The notes beneath the pieces were generated by a model that was not told where the DNA came from, did no database searches, and saw only the letters and a program-made list of their open reading frames with translations. DNA of 59,038 nt, counting the filler, from Ionaspis alba (lineage: Eukaryota), in NCBI GenBank assembly GCA_964255285.1. It is 3 parts of 3 records of this genome, joined end to end, with 100 filler letters (N's around TTAATTAATTAA, not from the genome) between each part and the next. Parts side by side here need not be neighbours in the genome. Positions count along the whole stretch, not along the records: positions 1 to 19,673 come from CAXUUL010000261.1; 2 more parts are not named here. One strand, 5' to 3'. The position numbers were made by a program, and so were the translations under genes. How positions within the stretch are numbered: position 1 is the stretch's first letter; every line of letters begins with the position of its first letter. Shown in pieces: positions 1 to 13,328 of the stretch.

Positions 1-181
1 TTCTTTCTCCTGTCAGCCTATATCATCTTGTTTGCGCTGTTCGATATGCTCTCCTTTCATTATCCACGCTCTTTTCGAAAAACTAAGTGTTGTACCACGT
101 CCTAGAGACGGCATTCATTGATTGCGTTCTATTTTGGTTCTCAATATACTCATTCTTTTCGTTCTCTTAATTTCCGTCACT

Positions 182-3102
182 ATGAGGTCTATTGTTAGGG
201 GGGTTTTGCTGCCCTGCGCGGCAATTTTGCAGCTTGCAGGAGCTGTCAAAACTGTTACCATGTCGATTGGCATCTGTCCGACTACTACAGGATTGTTCGC
301 TCCTTCCAGTTCCCCTGTTGTGGTCGAATATACCACGACTGATGCCTCCGGGCACGACATCACTGTCTCGAGCACTTCATACTCAGCCTATACACCAAAA
401 GCATCATATTCTAGCTCTTACACGATTGTCGTTCACTCGACAACAGATGCTTCCGGATCGCCGACTCTCGCCACAACCACATCGTACTATCCCACGCCGT
501 CAACGTCAGGGAGCACGCCCACAAGTACAACGAATGGAATCACGATTGGCATGGGTAGCAGTACCATGGTTATCCCTCCTAATCCTGCCACTACGATGTC
601 TGCTTCGGCTCCTGAAGCGACAAGTGTAGACTACCCATGTCCTGCTTCCATCGCCCAGGTTTATGAGTCGAAGCAAAACACGGCATGGCAGATCTTCTGC
701 GAGACTGACTTCTACTATAACGACCTTCCATCGGCTAACGCGACGACCTTCCAGCTGTGTATTGCGGCTTGCGATGCTTACGTGCCAGCTCCTAAGGGTG
801 ACAGTGGAGATATGGTGAGAAAGCCGAATGTTCGTGTAATTAGCCTCAGCTGAACCATTCCTAGCCTTGTGTCGGCGTCACTTGGACGGCACATAACTCC
901 CAAGGGAATAACTGCTACCTAAAGTCTGGGATAGGGAACGTTGTATATGGCACTGGAGACTACCAGAGTGCCAAAAGGTCATCCTATAATCCACCTGTAG
1001 GCGGAATTGCGGTATCGGTTGTTAGTACGGCCACATCATCCAGCACTATGACGCCCAGTACAACAATTAGCACTGCTACCAGCTTTGCTTCATACGAGCC
1101 AGCAAGTCCTTGCCCGCTACAGAATTCCTCAATCTACACTTATCCAGATGGACAGAATGTCCAGTACAAGATCTATTGCGGTGTCCAATTCCTATATAAT
1201 GATCTGCCATCCGTCAATGTTGCGAGCTTCACTAATTGCATCGGTGCTTGTGATGCCTATGTACCCGCGGCACCTGGAAACAGTGGAGATAAGGTGAGAT
1301 AATCAATCCTAACAACCCTTAGCGCAAACTCTAATTTTTCTTAGCCTTGTGTCGGTGTTACATACGTCGGATACAACAGTCACGGTTCAAATTGTTATCT
1401 AAAGTCAAGCTGGACAGGTCCTTCCCAAGCTCGATACAACGGGGACGGAAATTCAGCATTACGAGCTGGACAAGGAAGTGATGCAGCACCCGCCTACTCA
1501 ATCAGTAGCGCTATGTCATTGTCCGCGTCATCCAGTATGTATCCTGGAGGAAGTTCTACCGCTGGTATTCCACAAGCGTCTTCATACATCCCTGGTGCGT
1601 CATCCGTGATTGCGGGTACATCCACCAACACTCTATCTACTGTTGGAGTCCCCTCCGCCACCCCATCCGATGCTGCTTATCCGTGCCCTACCAACAACAA
1701 TACAATTTTCGTTGACTCGGGCTACTCATACACTGTCGAATGTGGAGTCTCATACAACTATCAGGATATCATATCTCTAAAGACCGTGACATTCATGGCC
1801 TGTATGGAAGCTTGCAGCACTTATACGCCTGCGGATGGAAAGCCATCCTGTGTCGCCGTTTCTTGGGTCGCCAAATCCTCGACTTGCTACAGGCATGGCA
1901 AAGGCTTCGAGGTCAGCTTCAATCTCGACGTTGATAGTGCCGCTCTTCAAGGCTACAGTCCTATTGTTGCCGCTTCAAGTAGCTCAATCATTGCATCTAG
2001 CAGCTCCTCGACATACTTGGCGACTTCTACACCGGCACCAGTCCTGCCTCCAGTATTGACTCCGGTTTCAAGTTCAACGAGCACAATTCCGAACACTGTC
2101 GTCACCCCGTCGAATGCTCCATCCCCCTGTCCAAGCGCTGCTTCAGGATACGTTTACTATGAGCAGCCAACTAAGCCATACATTATTGAGTGCGGTGTAG
2201 CTTTTGGTGGCCGTAATGGTCCGAACGTGAATGCAACAACATTCATTGCTTGCATGGATGCATGCAGTAACTATGCTCCGGCTCCTCCCGGAGACTCTTT
2301 CGATGAGGTATGAATTATCCTGTCCCAAACACCTACAGGAGAGCGATGATTCGTAAACTCTCAAATTCCCTGGACATTATCAAAACTCCCTACTGACTTG
2401 GAAGCAGCCTTGCGTGGCAGTCACTTGGCTCATCAGCAATAACCACGGTGGGCAGTGTTACCTACTTTCAAGTATAACACTGGAATACGGCGACCCGATC
2501 GCAGATAGTGCTAGAATCCAGGGTTACGTCCCAGCCATATCTTCCTCCATGACCGCTTCGTCCACTCCGATCGCTTCAAACATTGCCGGAGCCTCTTCAG
2601 CTCCCCTGGGAGTACCTATGTCATCTCCAATCGCAAGCTCGGCCGTAAGCTCTCAAGCTTCATCGACGGTCAGCTCCACCAGCTCATCCGTATCGACTGG
2701 TCCCACCACTGTTCCATCCGCTAAAGTCAGCGATGGCTCGACTTACAAGTACTATGGCTGCTATACCGATACGATCGATTACAGAACGTTCCTTGGGCCC
2801 CAAAACTTCTCTGCCGTCAGCATCGAAGATTGTGCGAACCAATGTGCGACTTACCCTGGAAGCTCTAGATATGTTGCTGGCCCTTATTTGTACGCAGCAG
2901 TTGAATACTATAGTCAGTGTAAGTCTCGTGTTTCTAATTTGCGTTTTTGCTTTCGCGCTAACAACTATCAGGTTATTGTGGAAATACAATGAACTCATCA
3001 AGCATCGTGTCGACTAAGTGTACCTTTGCCTGCCGATCCTCTCCGCTTGAGATTTGTGGAGGTCCTAACGCACTCAGCGTGTATCTCAGGAGCACTGTAT
3101 AA
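182..3102 (+). CDS. Secreted Ser/Thr-rich cell-surface protein with four Cys-patterned PAN/apple-like repeats and a C-terminal WSC domain (exons 182-814, 865-1293, 1345-2307, 2408-2918, 2972-3102)
   Basis: Hydrophobic N-terminus; repeats of CP...Y/W.I.C...F..C..AC..Y...PCV.V.W/Y......CYL; WSC motif YYGCYTD...EDCANQC...YAAVEYYSQCYCGN...C...C...EICGGPNALSVY. GT-AG introns keep the frame open to TAA at 3100-3102. Confidence 0.85.
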
Positions 3103-4121
3103 GGAATGAGGGCATCGGGGTCTTGCATTCTGACTATCATGAGTAATTGCATTTTTGTTCATTGTTTGAATGGAAGTGTTTGGCCTATATGGCTTGGGGT
3201 CTATAGTAGCTGGCTTAAATTAAATGCAACTAATGAAATTCTGCCATGTAAGCTCTGGAACCCATTGAAGAAAAGCCGCGTTAAGTCCAGCAAACATTGT
3301 CGCTTCCACTTCGTTCCAGGGCTTCGCTAGTGATAAGCGATCCTTGGCACGCTAGCTACAACGGAGCAGAAAAGAGTATCGTCAAGTAAGAGTATGTAGT
3401 AACTTACTTACTTACCTCACAGGCTAATGGACGACATTGGGCACCTTTACAGATGTTTGAGTTCTTTGTTTGGGCTTGGCGGTCTCCTCCCTCCTTGCAA
3501 TCCTGTTTCGATCATCGATATTTCAAAAACATGTTTGGAGTAAGATGACAGTAATGAGTAGTTCCTCAACGATCGTTACTACGACTTACGTTCTGTTGCC
3601 AGTCCTGTGTGGTCGGTAATAGATTTAAGGACATAGAACGTTATTAAAGTATCCAATAACTGTTGCTACATAATCTTCATCTTGGATCCCATTTTATGGT
3701 AGTAAGTAATGTAAGGGTCGAATATTTGTGGTTCATGATGCAGATAAGGGCAGATAAGGCCTAAAAGAAGGCCTAAAACCTCAATGATTTATTCCGCTAG
3801 ATGTACTAGTAAGTGGCTTCCCTTATACGGCAATTTCAAGATATCCATCTTCACCACGCAGCAACGGTCGAAAATGCCAGTAGCGCGAGGCTTAAGTTCC
3901 AGGTCATGTATCTGGTCCTGATCCACAGAGTCGACATGTTCTTCATTAAAGAGTTGGAAGAGTGAAAAGACTGTGGTGCTTTGAAACCATTTGGATGCGG
4001 GCAGCCAATATACACGTCTAATCCATACACCTTCCAAAAGCCTCACAAAGCTCCCAAGCCAGCTCTACATGTACAGCCAAGTTCCGATCCGCCTGTTTTC
4101 TTGCCTGGCACAACCACACGA

Positions 4122-4835
4122 TCATGCCTTTGGTGGAGCATTGACTCTGTCCGGCACCTCCGGCTTCACCTCCATCACCACCCTCAAGAGATCCTCCACA
4201 ACCTTGTCCCCGCTCTCGCCGCCAAGCTTCTTGATCTCCTCGAGCTTTTTATCGGCATCTTTGGCGGCGTCTTCTTCGGCCTTCTTATTGCCACGAGTTT
4301 GCTGTAGGCAAGGAATAGCCGTCAGTATGACTGTTCGTGGTGGAAGGAATGTACTGCTCGAGCTGGCGGGTTTTGCCTCGGCTGTGATGGTTGTCGTGGT
4401 GGATGTCTTCTAGAAAGGGAACGACGCTTACCTCTGATTCGAATTTCTTGAACTCTTCATCCTTTTGCTTGCGATATTCTTCGATCTCTTTTTGAGCTTC
4501 GGCTTTAGCATCTTTTACTCGCTTGGTGCGATCTAGAAACTGTCAGAGCTTGGGGTTGCAAGGAGCTTCCGGAAGGGATTGGTGGACTGTACATTCTCTG
4601 GCTGCGAAAGTCAGTCAAAGAAGCTCTGAAAAGAACAGTTCGGAGGCCCACCTTTCTGCACAATCTTCTGTGCCTCCCTTTCGGCCTAGGTGGATTCAGT
4701 ACTCGTGGTTATCTGGGTATTTGTGGTCGTTGCCTACGTCAAGCAGGGTTTGAATCCCTGCAGAGTTTTGTGCAGACTGGATAATACAATTAGCAGAGCG
4801 TAGTGAAGCCATTGGGTTGGCGATTGGCTTACCAT
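4122..4835 (-). CDS. VMA10: V-type ATPase subunit G (exons 4835-4833, 4776-4738, 4685-4652, 4601-4593, 4532-4432, 4301-4122; 121 aa)
   Basis: Spliced translation MSAQNSAGIQTLLDAEREAQKIVQKAREYRTKRVKDAKAEAQKEIEEYRKQKDEEFKKFE... is the subunit G signature. All five introns are GT-AG and in phase. Confidence 0.93.
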
Positions 4836-5027
4836 CTCTGCGTGTTGTATGGAAATGACTGAATGTGAACACTCGTATGACGAATGGCAGATGTCCTAGA
4901 GCTGCGATTAAGCTCCAACCCCTGTTTGCGCTAGGAGCCTTGTCGGGAGAGATTGAGATTCGAGATTCAGGATCTACAAATCCCTTCTACTACTCAAGTG
5001 ACCCACGATCCAGCTCTCGCAATAATA

Positions 5028-5339
5028 ATGTCGAGAGCAGCCAAGCTCACTCTGGCCAGTACGACATTTGGAGCTATCGGAATTGTTGTCTTTGTTCATT
5101 ACGCCCAACGAGCTGAGAAAGCAGTATGTTTCGACTTTTACAGCACTTATCTCCTACATGTACCAGCTAGAGCTAATGCGTCGTAGGCTATGCATGCGGG
5201 AGTCATCAGAGACATCGAGCAGCAGAGGATAAAGAAGGAGCGTCAGGCGGATTTTGAAATGCAAAGAGCTTTAGAGCAAGAATATCGGAAAGTGCAACAA
5301 GTGCATGATGGTGATGGAAGCGAAGGAGATGGAACTTGA
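5028..5339 (+). CDS. PET117: Cytochrome c oxidase assembly factor Pet117 (exons 5028-5123, 5187-5339)
   Basis: MSRAAKLTLASTTFGAIGIVVFVHYAQRAEKA|AMHAGVIRDIEQQRIKKERQADFEMQRALEQEYRKVQQV matches the Pet117 family; GT-AG intron with GCTAAT branch. Confidence 0.9.
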
Positions 5340-6089
5340 CTCCATCAGGCGGGAAATGGATACACAATCTACAGCATGTAGAGAACGTCTTGCACTACGA
5401 CATTCAGCACCGGCGACTGGCCCCCATCTAAGTTAGGCTTTTCGTTGTTACAACTTGGCCTGTCGAAGAATCTTTGAACGGTTCGTTCTGGTAAAGAAGC
5501 TCACTGGTGGGCCTGGATTGTCGCGAGCGCCGATATTGAGCATGAATCGTGATAGTTGAAGGACGGCATGGTGTGGAATGGGGAGCAGCAAATGCGCTTG
5601 GTGGCTAGAAGTGAAATGTGGTTGACTGTCTGAGTGGCAGACTTCACTGCTGTGCGCCTGGGTCCTGGTCCGTTGACCGTGAAGCGACTACCCCTACAGA
5701 GAACATGGTCAGACATTGCATATAAAGTAGGAAGACCTATTGGCAAAGTCCGCATGCTCAGACCCACGACGAAGCTAATGAATCTTTTTTTCATGACTTG
5801 GTTTCTCATTAACGCCCTGGCTATGTTGTGCGTATTGATGCAAGTAAGTACAGTAGATGGGTTATTCGGTTAGTCCCAATGACTGGAATAGTATTGTGGC
5901 TGGACCACTGAGCAATGATTCGCAAAAGATCCTTGCAGTTGAAACCAACCTTCCGATTCACCGACGAGATGTCCTCATCATCGTGCATCACCTCCACAAT
6001 TTTAGATTGATCTGCCCAACGGGACAGAATTGCGTTATTTCTCACTTGTAATCATGAGCGATTTGACAACTCTCTGATGTTATAGCGAC

Positions 6090-8429
6090 ATGGAGCGGTC
6101 GCCAATCCTTGAAGCGCTTCCAGCGCAATCTCCCACCGGTATGCGGCACAACAACGATCCTGGTGGTCCTTTCACTTGTTGCTGTGGGCGACCAAACTGT
6201 TTGCTGCTAGCACAGAACAACGCTGCTTTGGAACGTTTGGAGAAGGATTTACGAGCTGCCGCGCAGGTCGGTCAGGTATGTCTCACGAACCATGGTTGCG
6301 ACTGCCCTCTACCAGCTTGGCTTGGCATAATGTCAAAACTACTGTCTTTTCTCGTTCGTGGGCGTGCGGTGCCTTCCGGCTAGCTGTAACGAGAAATGTC
6401 GCTCACATTCGCGCTGCAGGCGTTGCTGGTGCGCCATGAATCGCAAATGGCGAGAGCCGAGGAGGAGCGTCAGAAGATGACGGGAATAATCGACAAACTC
6501 GAGGTGGAGAAGAGGGAGCTCGAAGAGTCAAATGCAAGGGCCATCCAGGATAATCGCAACCTACTCGACCAGCTGGAGGACCTCAACAATACCATAGGAA
6601 AGTCGGATACACACATTCAGTCGTTGAGTGCTACGCTGGACGATACGAGGCGGGAGTTTCAACGATTGACCATCCTTGCGGGACGAACGGCGCAACTCGA
6701 GGCTCAGCTTCAATCTATGGAGATCGAGCAAGCAAACCTACGAGCGGAGCTCTGCTCCAAAGAAGATCTTAATCGAACAACGGTCCAGCGATGGAAGGCA
6801 GCTGAACGCACCATTGACCAACTCCAAGCTCAGATCGATAAAATTGAAAGGGAGGCAAGGGAAGAGCGAGAGAGGCATGTGGACATTGTTGGACACCTGG
6901 AAAGGCAAAGGGTTGCGGAGAAAGAGTTGGAGAGTGCTGCCGGAAGATTGAAAGGGGCTGCTACCGCAACTGCGATGGGAAGGCAGCAGACGGGGAGCAA
7001 CGTGGTATCACACTTCGTCAAAGACATCCTCCAGGATAACGCGAAACTTCAGATGGGAATACGCGAACTAAGGGACTTACTCCTCGGATCGAATGCGGAA
7101 GTTGAACACTTGCGCGAGCAGATGCTGCTCCACCAACCCCTTGAGGAACGTGGGCAGAGGTCTCTGTTGGCTGAATTGGGCAACGAAAGTCCTCTGGAGA
7201 CTTTGCCCGAGCTACATGTGCATCACCATTATCACGGACCCGAAACCAGCAAGCGAGACAAAGTGCCCGTGCACCGGAAGCCGAGGAAAAGGCGGGCATT
7301 CGTTACACCAGGCCATTTCTCACCATACTCTGGGTCATCCACCCCTCGAACACTCTATGACCAGGCGACATGGGAAACCTCCTCCGCTACCAAATCACTG
7401 CCTCTTCGTTCCTCCGCGATACCACCTTCATTGAACACCTCCAATCGATGGTCCATAAACTCGCATGCTGCGTCTTCATCTGTTCCAAGCACTGCTCAAT
7501 CTGAACACCGAGCATCCTCTGTCTTTGATAGTATCGATGCTGCTTTGAGCTCTTCTTGGCCCATCAGTCCTGCGTCCAGCAATCCTGATTCACCGGTAAT
7601 CTGTGCTCTGGACGATCCTTCCAGCAATAAGCCTCCACATCGCAACGTTTCTGCGCCTACCCCGCTGCAGCTCCAATCACCTGATACACAGCAGCTTTGG
7701 GACCATCCACACTCTGGAACAGACAGCACCATATTAGACGTTTCAGGTCAACCAGGACCACACACATCGTCCAGAGGCCAAGAAACGATCTACGAAGAGC
7801 CTGAACACGACATCATTCATGATTCCGAAAGCCCTTTCCCTGACTCCGCATCCCCTTTCAGCGACGCCTCCTCCCCCTTCTCCTCTCATCATCCCCACCT
7901 CCGCCACGCCGCCTCCCACGAAAGCCTTCTATCCATCTCTGGCATGGATATCCACACCCTGCGCAATCGACCCTCCCAAATATTCACTGGCCAAGGTTTC
8001 ACCCCTCGAATCCCTTATCCCGCACCCTCTCCTACCCTCGCTCAAGCCTCCAGCAAGGCAATCATGAGTCCCACGTTAGCGACAGGCCGTCCAGCGTTCC
8101 AGCGACAGGGCAAAGCCAGCAGCGAGTATAACCGCTCGCTGCTTTCTGCTCGTGCCCGGAACGCTTCCGATGGCAAGCCGACGTTGGGACAACGAGTGGG
8201 TGGCTGGGTGTTTGGTGGCTGGGGCGTGTCCTCTATGGCTTCGACTGGGGATTTGAGGGCGAAAGCTTCTGGGGATAGGCTGAGCCAGCCAAATAAGGTT
8301 AGGCATCCAGGTGTGAATCAGAGTGGGCCCATCAAGGGATTGAATCCGCCACCGCCAAAAGCGAGGAGTCTGGTACAGCCTGTCAAGGTGGATACGGATC
8401 TCTTGCAGGAGGCCTTGGGCGAGGGATGA
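6090..8429 (+). CDS. Uncharacterised coiled-coil protein with N-terminal CCCG motif and Ser/Pro-rich tail (exons 6090-6275, 6420-8429)
   Basis: 97-aa and 677-aa ORFs are joined in frame by a GT-AG intron (..AAQVGQ|ALLVRHE..); long heptad-rich region and ELHVHHHYH motif. Confidence 0.75.
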
Positions 8430-8949
8430 ACGTTTACGTCCTGGGTTATGCTTTATAGGCTACGATATGTGTCTAGGAAGGGTGAAGATGGATCTATCGC
8501 ATCTTTGGCACTGGCGCGTCCATTGGATATGTTTCAGAGCCTTGGCCGCTGGTTGGATGTTTGATGATCTTTGTATATACTTGAGATATCGAGGTCATCG
8601 TGATCACCTGATTCGGATAAACATGATTGGATCATGATTGTCTTTGCATCGAGCAATCAAGTGACTGAAAAGTCGATGGGGAACTTGCTCAAACTCGGCA
8701 CTTATTAGATTTCAAGGAACATATATATGGTGAAGAAGTGGATTAGATTGCAACACATTTTAGTCGTCTCTCGTGACATTCAGCCTGGATCATATGACAC
8801 TAGTGACGTCAACCCCAGTAAACGGTCCCTTGAACAGAGCCCATTTATTATACTTGCCTTCGATTACCATAAATAATGTGGACAAGAAATTTATTCGTCC
8901 AGATTACAAGCCATTAAATATCATACTGACCCTCCAGCACTAATGCACA

Positions 8950-9552
8950 ATGTCAACTTCAGCACCAAAACGACGTAAAATAGGGTCCACCTCCGCNNNN
9001 NNNNNNNNNNNNNNNNNNNNNNNNNNNNNNNNNNNNNNNNNNNNNNNNNNNNNNNNNNNNNNNNNNNNNNNNNNNNNNNNNNNNNNNNNNNNNNNNCTCC
9101 GCCAGACCCTCGAAACCCACTCTCAAGCTCTCAAACTCGAGGCATCCTCCCGAGATACCGAGCTCGCCGAGCTCATCACCACATGGCGCGCTGCAAGCCA
9201 AGCGGCGGCTGAGGAGATCTATGCCGGTGTGAGGGAGCGCGTTAATCGAATGGGAGGAGCCGGAGCTTGGAGGGAGAGGGAGCGAGAGCAGAGGGAGAAG
9301 GGTTGGGGTGGAGGGTGGGATGATGGGGAGAAGAAAGAGGATGGTGGTGATGATGGTGAGAGGGGTGGAGATGAGGAAGAGGGGTTTGAGGAAAGAAAGG
9401 AGCGAGAGGCTGAGATGAAGGAGGGCAAAGAGGCGGGAATTGGTCAAGGAACCGATGATGAGGGGTTTACTATGGATATGATGTTGAAGAAGCTGAATAT
9501 TGAGTTGGCGGTTATTGGCTTTGATGCAGAAGGCCAGCGGTGGGTTGATTGA
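8950..9552 (+). CDS. SFR1: Sfr1/Mei5 (Dds20)-like recombination mediator, interrupted by an assembly gap
   Basis: LAELITTWRAASQAAAEEIY...RVNRMGG and C-terminal FTMDMMLKKLNIELAVIGFD...RWVD resemble the Mei5/Sfr1 domain; NLS-like PKRRK at the start; N run at 8997-9096. Confidence 0.75.
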   Translation: MSTSAPKRRKIGSTSXXXXXXXXXXXXXXXXXXXXXXXXXXXXXXXXXXLRQTLETHSQALKLEASSRDTELAELITTWRAASQAAAEEIYAGVRERVNRMGGAGAWREREREQREKGWGGGWDDGEKKEDGGDDGERGGDEEEGFEERKEREAEMKEGKEAGIGQGTDDEGFTMDMMLKKLNIELAVIGFDAEGQRWVD

Positions 9553-10057
9553 TGGGCGATGCTAGGCTGAGCGATCGAGATGCCTGAGCGAGTGAATGGA
9601 GGGAATCGACGGAGCTTGAGAAGAGGTTTGCATGCTTTGGCGTTGAATTGGCTGGGGAGCTGCTTTGCTTTGATGATACCCTCATTGGCAATGAGCTTTA
9701 AAGATGGACGTGCATGTGGAAAGCTGGAGTGCAGAAACTAGAGACTTGTTCGTCATGTGCAAGAATCTAGAAGGTGACCTCGATGCATCACTATTGAAAG
9801 CTTAACAGTAACAATCTGCAGAAGCATGAGCTACCTGATGGGAGCCTTGAAACCATTATTTTCTGTTAGTCTACAACGAAAATATGAAACATGCATCACT
9901 CATTTTGAGGTAACCATCGATTTATACAAAGCTGGTGAGTATTCATACGTAGGAATCCACACGAGAGAAACAAACTCTATCCCTCCTTCATTATTCAAGT
10001 ATAGAACTCTATATACATCAAATTCTACCTCTTGAAACACTAAGCGCTATGCCCACG

Positions 10058-12821
10058 TTAATGACCAACCCCACCCGCGACCCACTGCCCAAAGTTTGGA
10101 TCATCCGGGGGAGGAAAGAACCCGCCGTCAGCTTGCTGACCAGGCAGTAACGGCGCAGCACCAGGAGGCCCTCCATCGACCTGCTGCTGCTGTTGCCGCT
10201 GCTCAGCCGCTCTCCGCTGGTTCTGCGCTCTCTGTGCTCGATAATACACTAGGAACGCCAGCGCCCCTGCCAGAGCAACGATGATAAGACTCTCGAGGAT
10301 GCTGTCGTCGATGTCGTCGTAGTAGTCGTCGCCTCCAGGCATGGGGTCGGTGAGGCGAGTATCGGGGATGTCATCGTCGGCCGGGGCGCTGTCGGCCTCG
10401 AAATAATGACTTTCGTCGTCTTCTAGAAAGTTGGCAAGCCATTCCCGCCACGTACGGTGTTTCTTCGGTTCTATCGGATGGAATAATCAGCTTTTGATGA
10501 TGCCTTCAGGGTGAAATGGTAAAAGATGGAGAGGGCTTACCAGGATCGGATTGAATGGATTTGACTTTCCCATTCGTGATCGTGTTCCAGAAACTTCGTG
10601 CTCGAAGTTTAAGTAGACTGAGCTTGACAGGCATGTATGATTCTTGGTTTGTCTCCAAGGCTTGGTCATAGAAGCGTTTGGCAAGGTGGAAGTCTTGCTC
10701 CACGCCGATACCGTTCTCGTGCATCCAACCCAGGTTCCATAGTGCTTGAGCACTTTGCTGCATATCGGCGGCTGTCTGATAACAGGTGGCTGCTTTTTCC
10801 ATATCAGCTTCGACGCCGTAGCCGCCAAGGTAGTAGTCGCCCATTTTGACTATCGAGTCAATGTTGGATTGTCGGGCAGACCGGGTCCAGTAAACCAAGG
10901 CGAGGGCTGCATTGCGCAGGAGAGACGATGCTCGCTTCTTCCAGGGTATTATAGAGTCGAATGAGAGTATTGATTTGTGGTCGTCGAGCATAAACGCGAC
11001 GTTTGCCTGACCATGCTCGTATCCTTGCTCCGCCGCCATCATATATCCAATCAAGGCGGTCTCTTTGTCTCCATTTTCGTATGCTCTATTAGCTTCTTCG
11101 AAAGATGAGTGTATCACTTCGACCTTCTCAGCTACTGCTTTGTAGAAGGCTGTTGCAAGGCCACAAGATCTTTCTCGACCGACCCCGTTGTTATTAATCT
11201 CAGCAAGGTGATACAGGGCCTCGATGTGACCGTGCCGGAAAGCCAGGTCGAAGTAGATCATTGCAGTTTTGAGGTCACCCTGATCAAGGAAAAGCTTGCC
11301 AAGGTTGATCTGTGCAGCTGCCCAGTCCTGCTCCGCGGCCGCCTTGAAGTAGTCTGAAGCTCGAACGACGTCCTTTCGAACACCAAGTCCATGAAGGTAC
11401 ATTAGACCCATCTCATATTGACAGAAGGCATCTCCGTTTGAAATACCTCTTTTGAACCATAAGGCGGCTTTCTCAAAATTCTGCTCCATACCTTCACCAC
11501 GTAGAAACATTCGTCCGAGATAAGCAGCAGCTTTTGCAGCGATCTTACCGGTCCCATCATCATCGTCCGATATTACTGAACCGTCCTTTGCCCAATGCTT
11601 TCGAACAACCGTCATGAAATATTTCCGGGCCGTCCTCAGGTTTCGTTTCATGGTACGAGAACCATCGTAATGTAAACGTCCAAGATTGAAAGTTGCTTTG
11701 AGATCCCCTTTCCTAGACATCAGATCCAGGTACTCGAGAACATCGTCGAAAGCAGCATGTTGATCCGAGTTTGGTCCGCCGCGTTTTGCATGTATACCCG
11801 AGCTGACAACGCTGGCGCCTTCACCATAAACGCCGCCCTTGTCATCCGCAAGTCGGTAAGACTCTCGCTGCAGAGATTGGCCACCAGGAGGACCAGATCT
11901 GGAGTACGCAACAGCTTTATCGGCAACCTTCTTATAGTAAGCAGCAGCTTCGACACAGTTTCGTGGTGTGGCAATCCCCGCATGATGTCGAAATGCTGCT
12001 GTCATTTCGGACCTGGTATTTCCGCCACGTGCGGCGAATGTATGGTAAAGCAATGCCTTGGCTTGATCCCTTTCCACCGCATTTCCAATTCCTGTAGCGT
12101 ACATAAAGCCAACCATGTATTGCGCAGTACTATTACCGGTCAATGACGACAATTCTTGATATCCTCGGAATGCAGCTTTGTAGTTCCGTGGATGCGTGAA
12201 ATTGCCATAGAAGTTCATCTCCGCCAGAAGAAAGATCGCGTCCGAGTTGTTCGCTCGGGCGGCTCCTTCCAATAGCTTGACCGCCTTTGAAAGTGGCTTG
12301 CTGAGGCTTTTATCTCCGAGTTGGGAATTGAGGTAATCATCATGCTTTGGCGCATTCATAAACAGGAGGACAAAAGCCTCTTTGGCATAGTATGCTGTAG
12401 TACCAACGAAGCCGGAGGACTTGTCGAGACGTGAGGTAGAGGTGCGAGGATCGTGGATTGAACGGAGAACGGCGAGGGCTTCTTGCACCTCGAGGAGTCC
12501 TACTAAAGGCCTTTGTTTAGCCCAGCGTCTTACATCCAATCATTTCAGACATCCTCACCTTGACTTCCATTCTCATTACTTCGGCTTCGCCAATGTGAGA
12601 TCTCTCTCGGCTCGCTGGTGGCATCATCGCTGCTCAGAGACTTCTGAGAGTGCTGAACATCTTCCACGTACTCCTTGGCTTGGAGGGAAACGGAAAAGCA
12701 GAGAAGCGTTATTGCCCATATGAACACTGAAGAAAACAAAAGTCAGTAATGATTCAAGACCTTCCTGGACTAGAGACGAACAGATTGTGAGCTGTGGTTG
12801 CTGTCGCATGTGATGCTGCAT
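10058..12821 (-). CDS. HRD3: Sel1-repeat ERAD adaptor Hrd3/SEL1L (signal peptide, SEL1 repeats, C-terminal TM; three inferred introns)
   Basis: 677-aa ORF with many SEL1 repeats (AQYMVGFMYATGIG, ALWNLGWMHENGIG). Upstream exons give signal peptide ..LTILFIWAITLLCFSVSLQA; last exon has TM LIIVALAGALAFLVYYR. Start codon is 12821 or 12809. Confidence 0.9.
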
Positions 12822-13328
12822 GACGACGAAATGGATAGCGGCACCATCAACATAGGCTTGCTCCAACTTGATGCTATTTCAGCACACGCAACTTGAAAGC
12901 ACTGTGGAGATGCGCCAGCAAGGGCTGTCGCAGAATCATTGTTATTCTTTGTGTTTTGTAGGGAAGCACATGTTTCGGTGACAAATGACGAAGATGCCAG
13001 CTAAGCTCTCCCCATAGGGCCTAGACCTCACCGCCAGACGACGCCCTCCCTCTGGGACATTAGAGCCTGACATGCTGTCCATGATTGGTGGATACGACCG
13101 GTGATAATGTGCACTTTACTACCTACTTCATGTACAGAGATCTCTAATAGGAGAGCTGTTTGGAATACTGATTGTCAGCTCGATGGTTGTTATGTGACAA
13201 GAATTCATCATCTCGACAGGAACAGGCACTCAGTACTCTTTCAATACCTTTGATACAGTTATGAGGTGCTTGCAGTAAGCTACTTGAAAGGTAGACCCGA
13301 TCTCCTTGTGCTGCAGCTCATTCATGTC

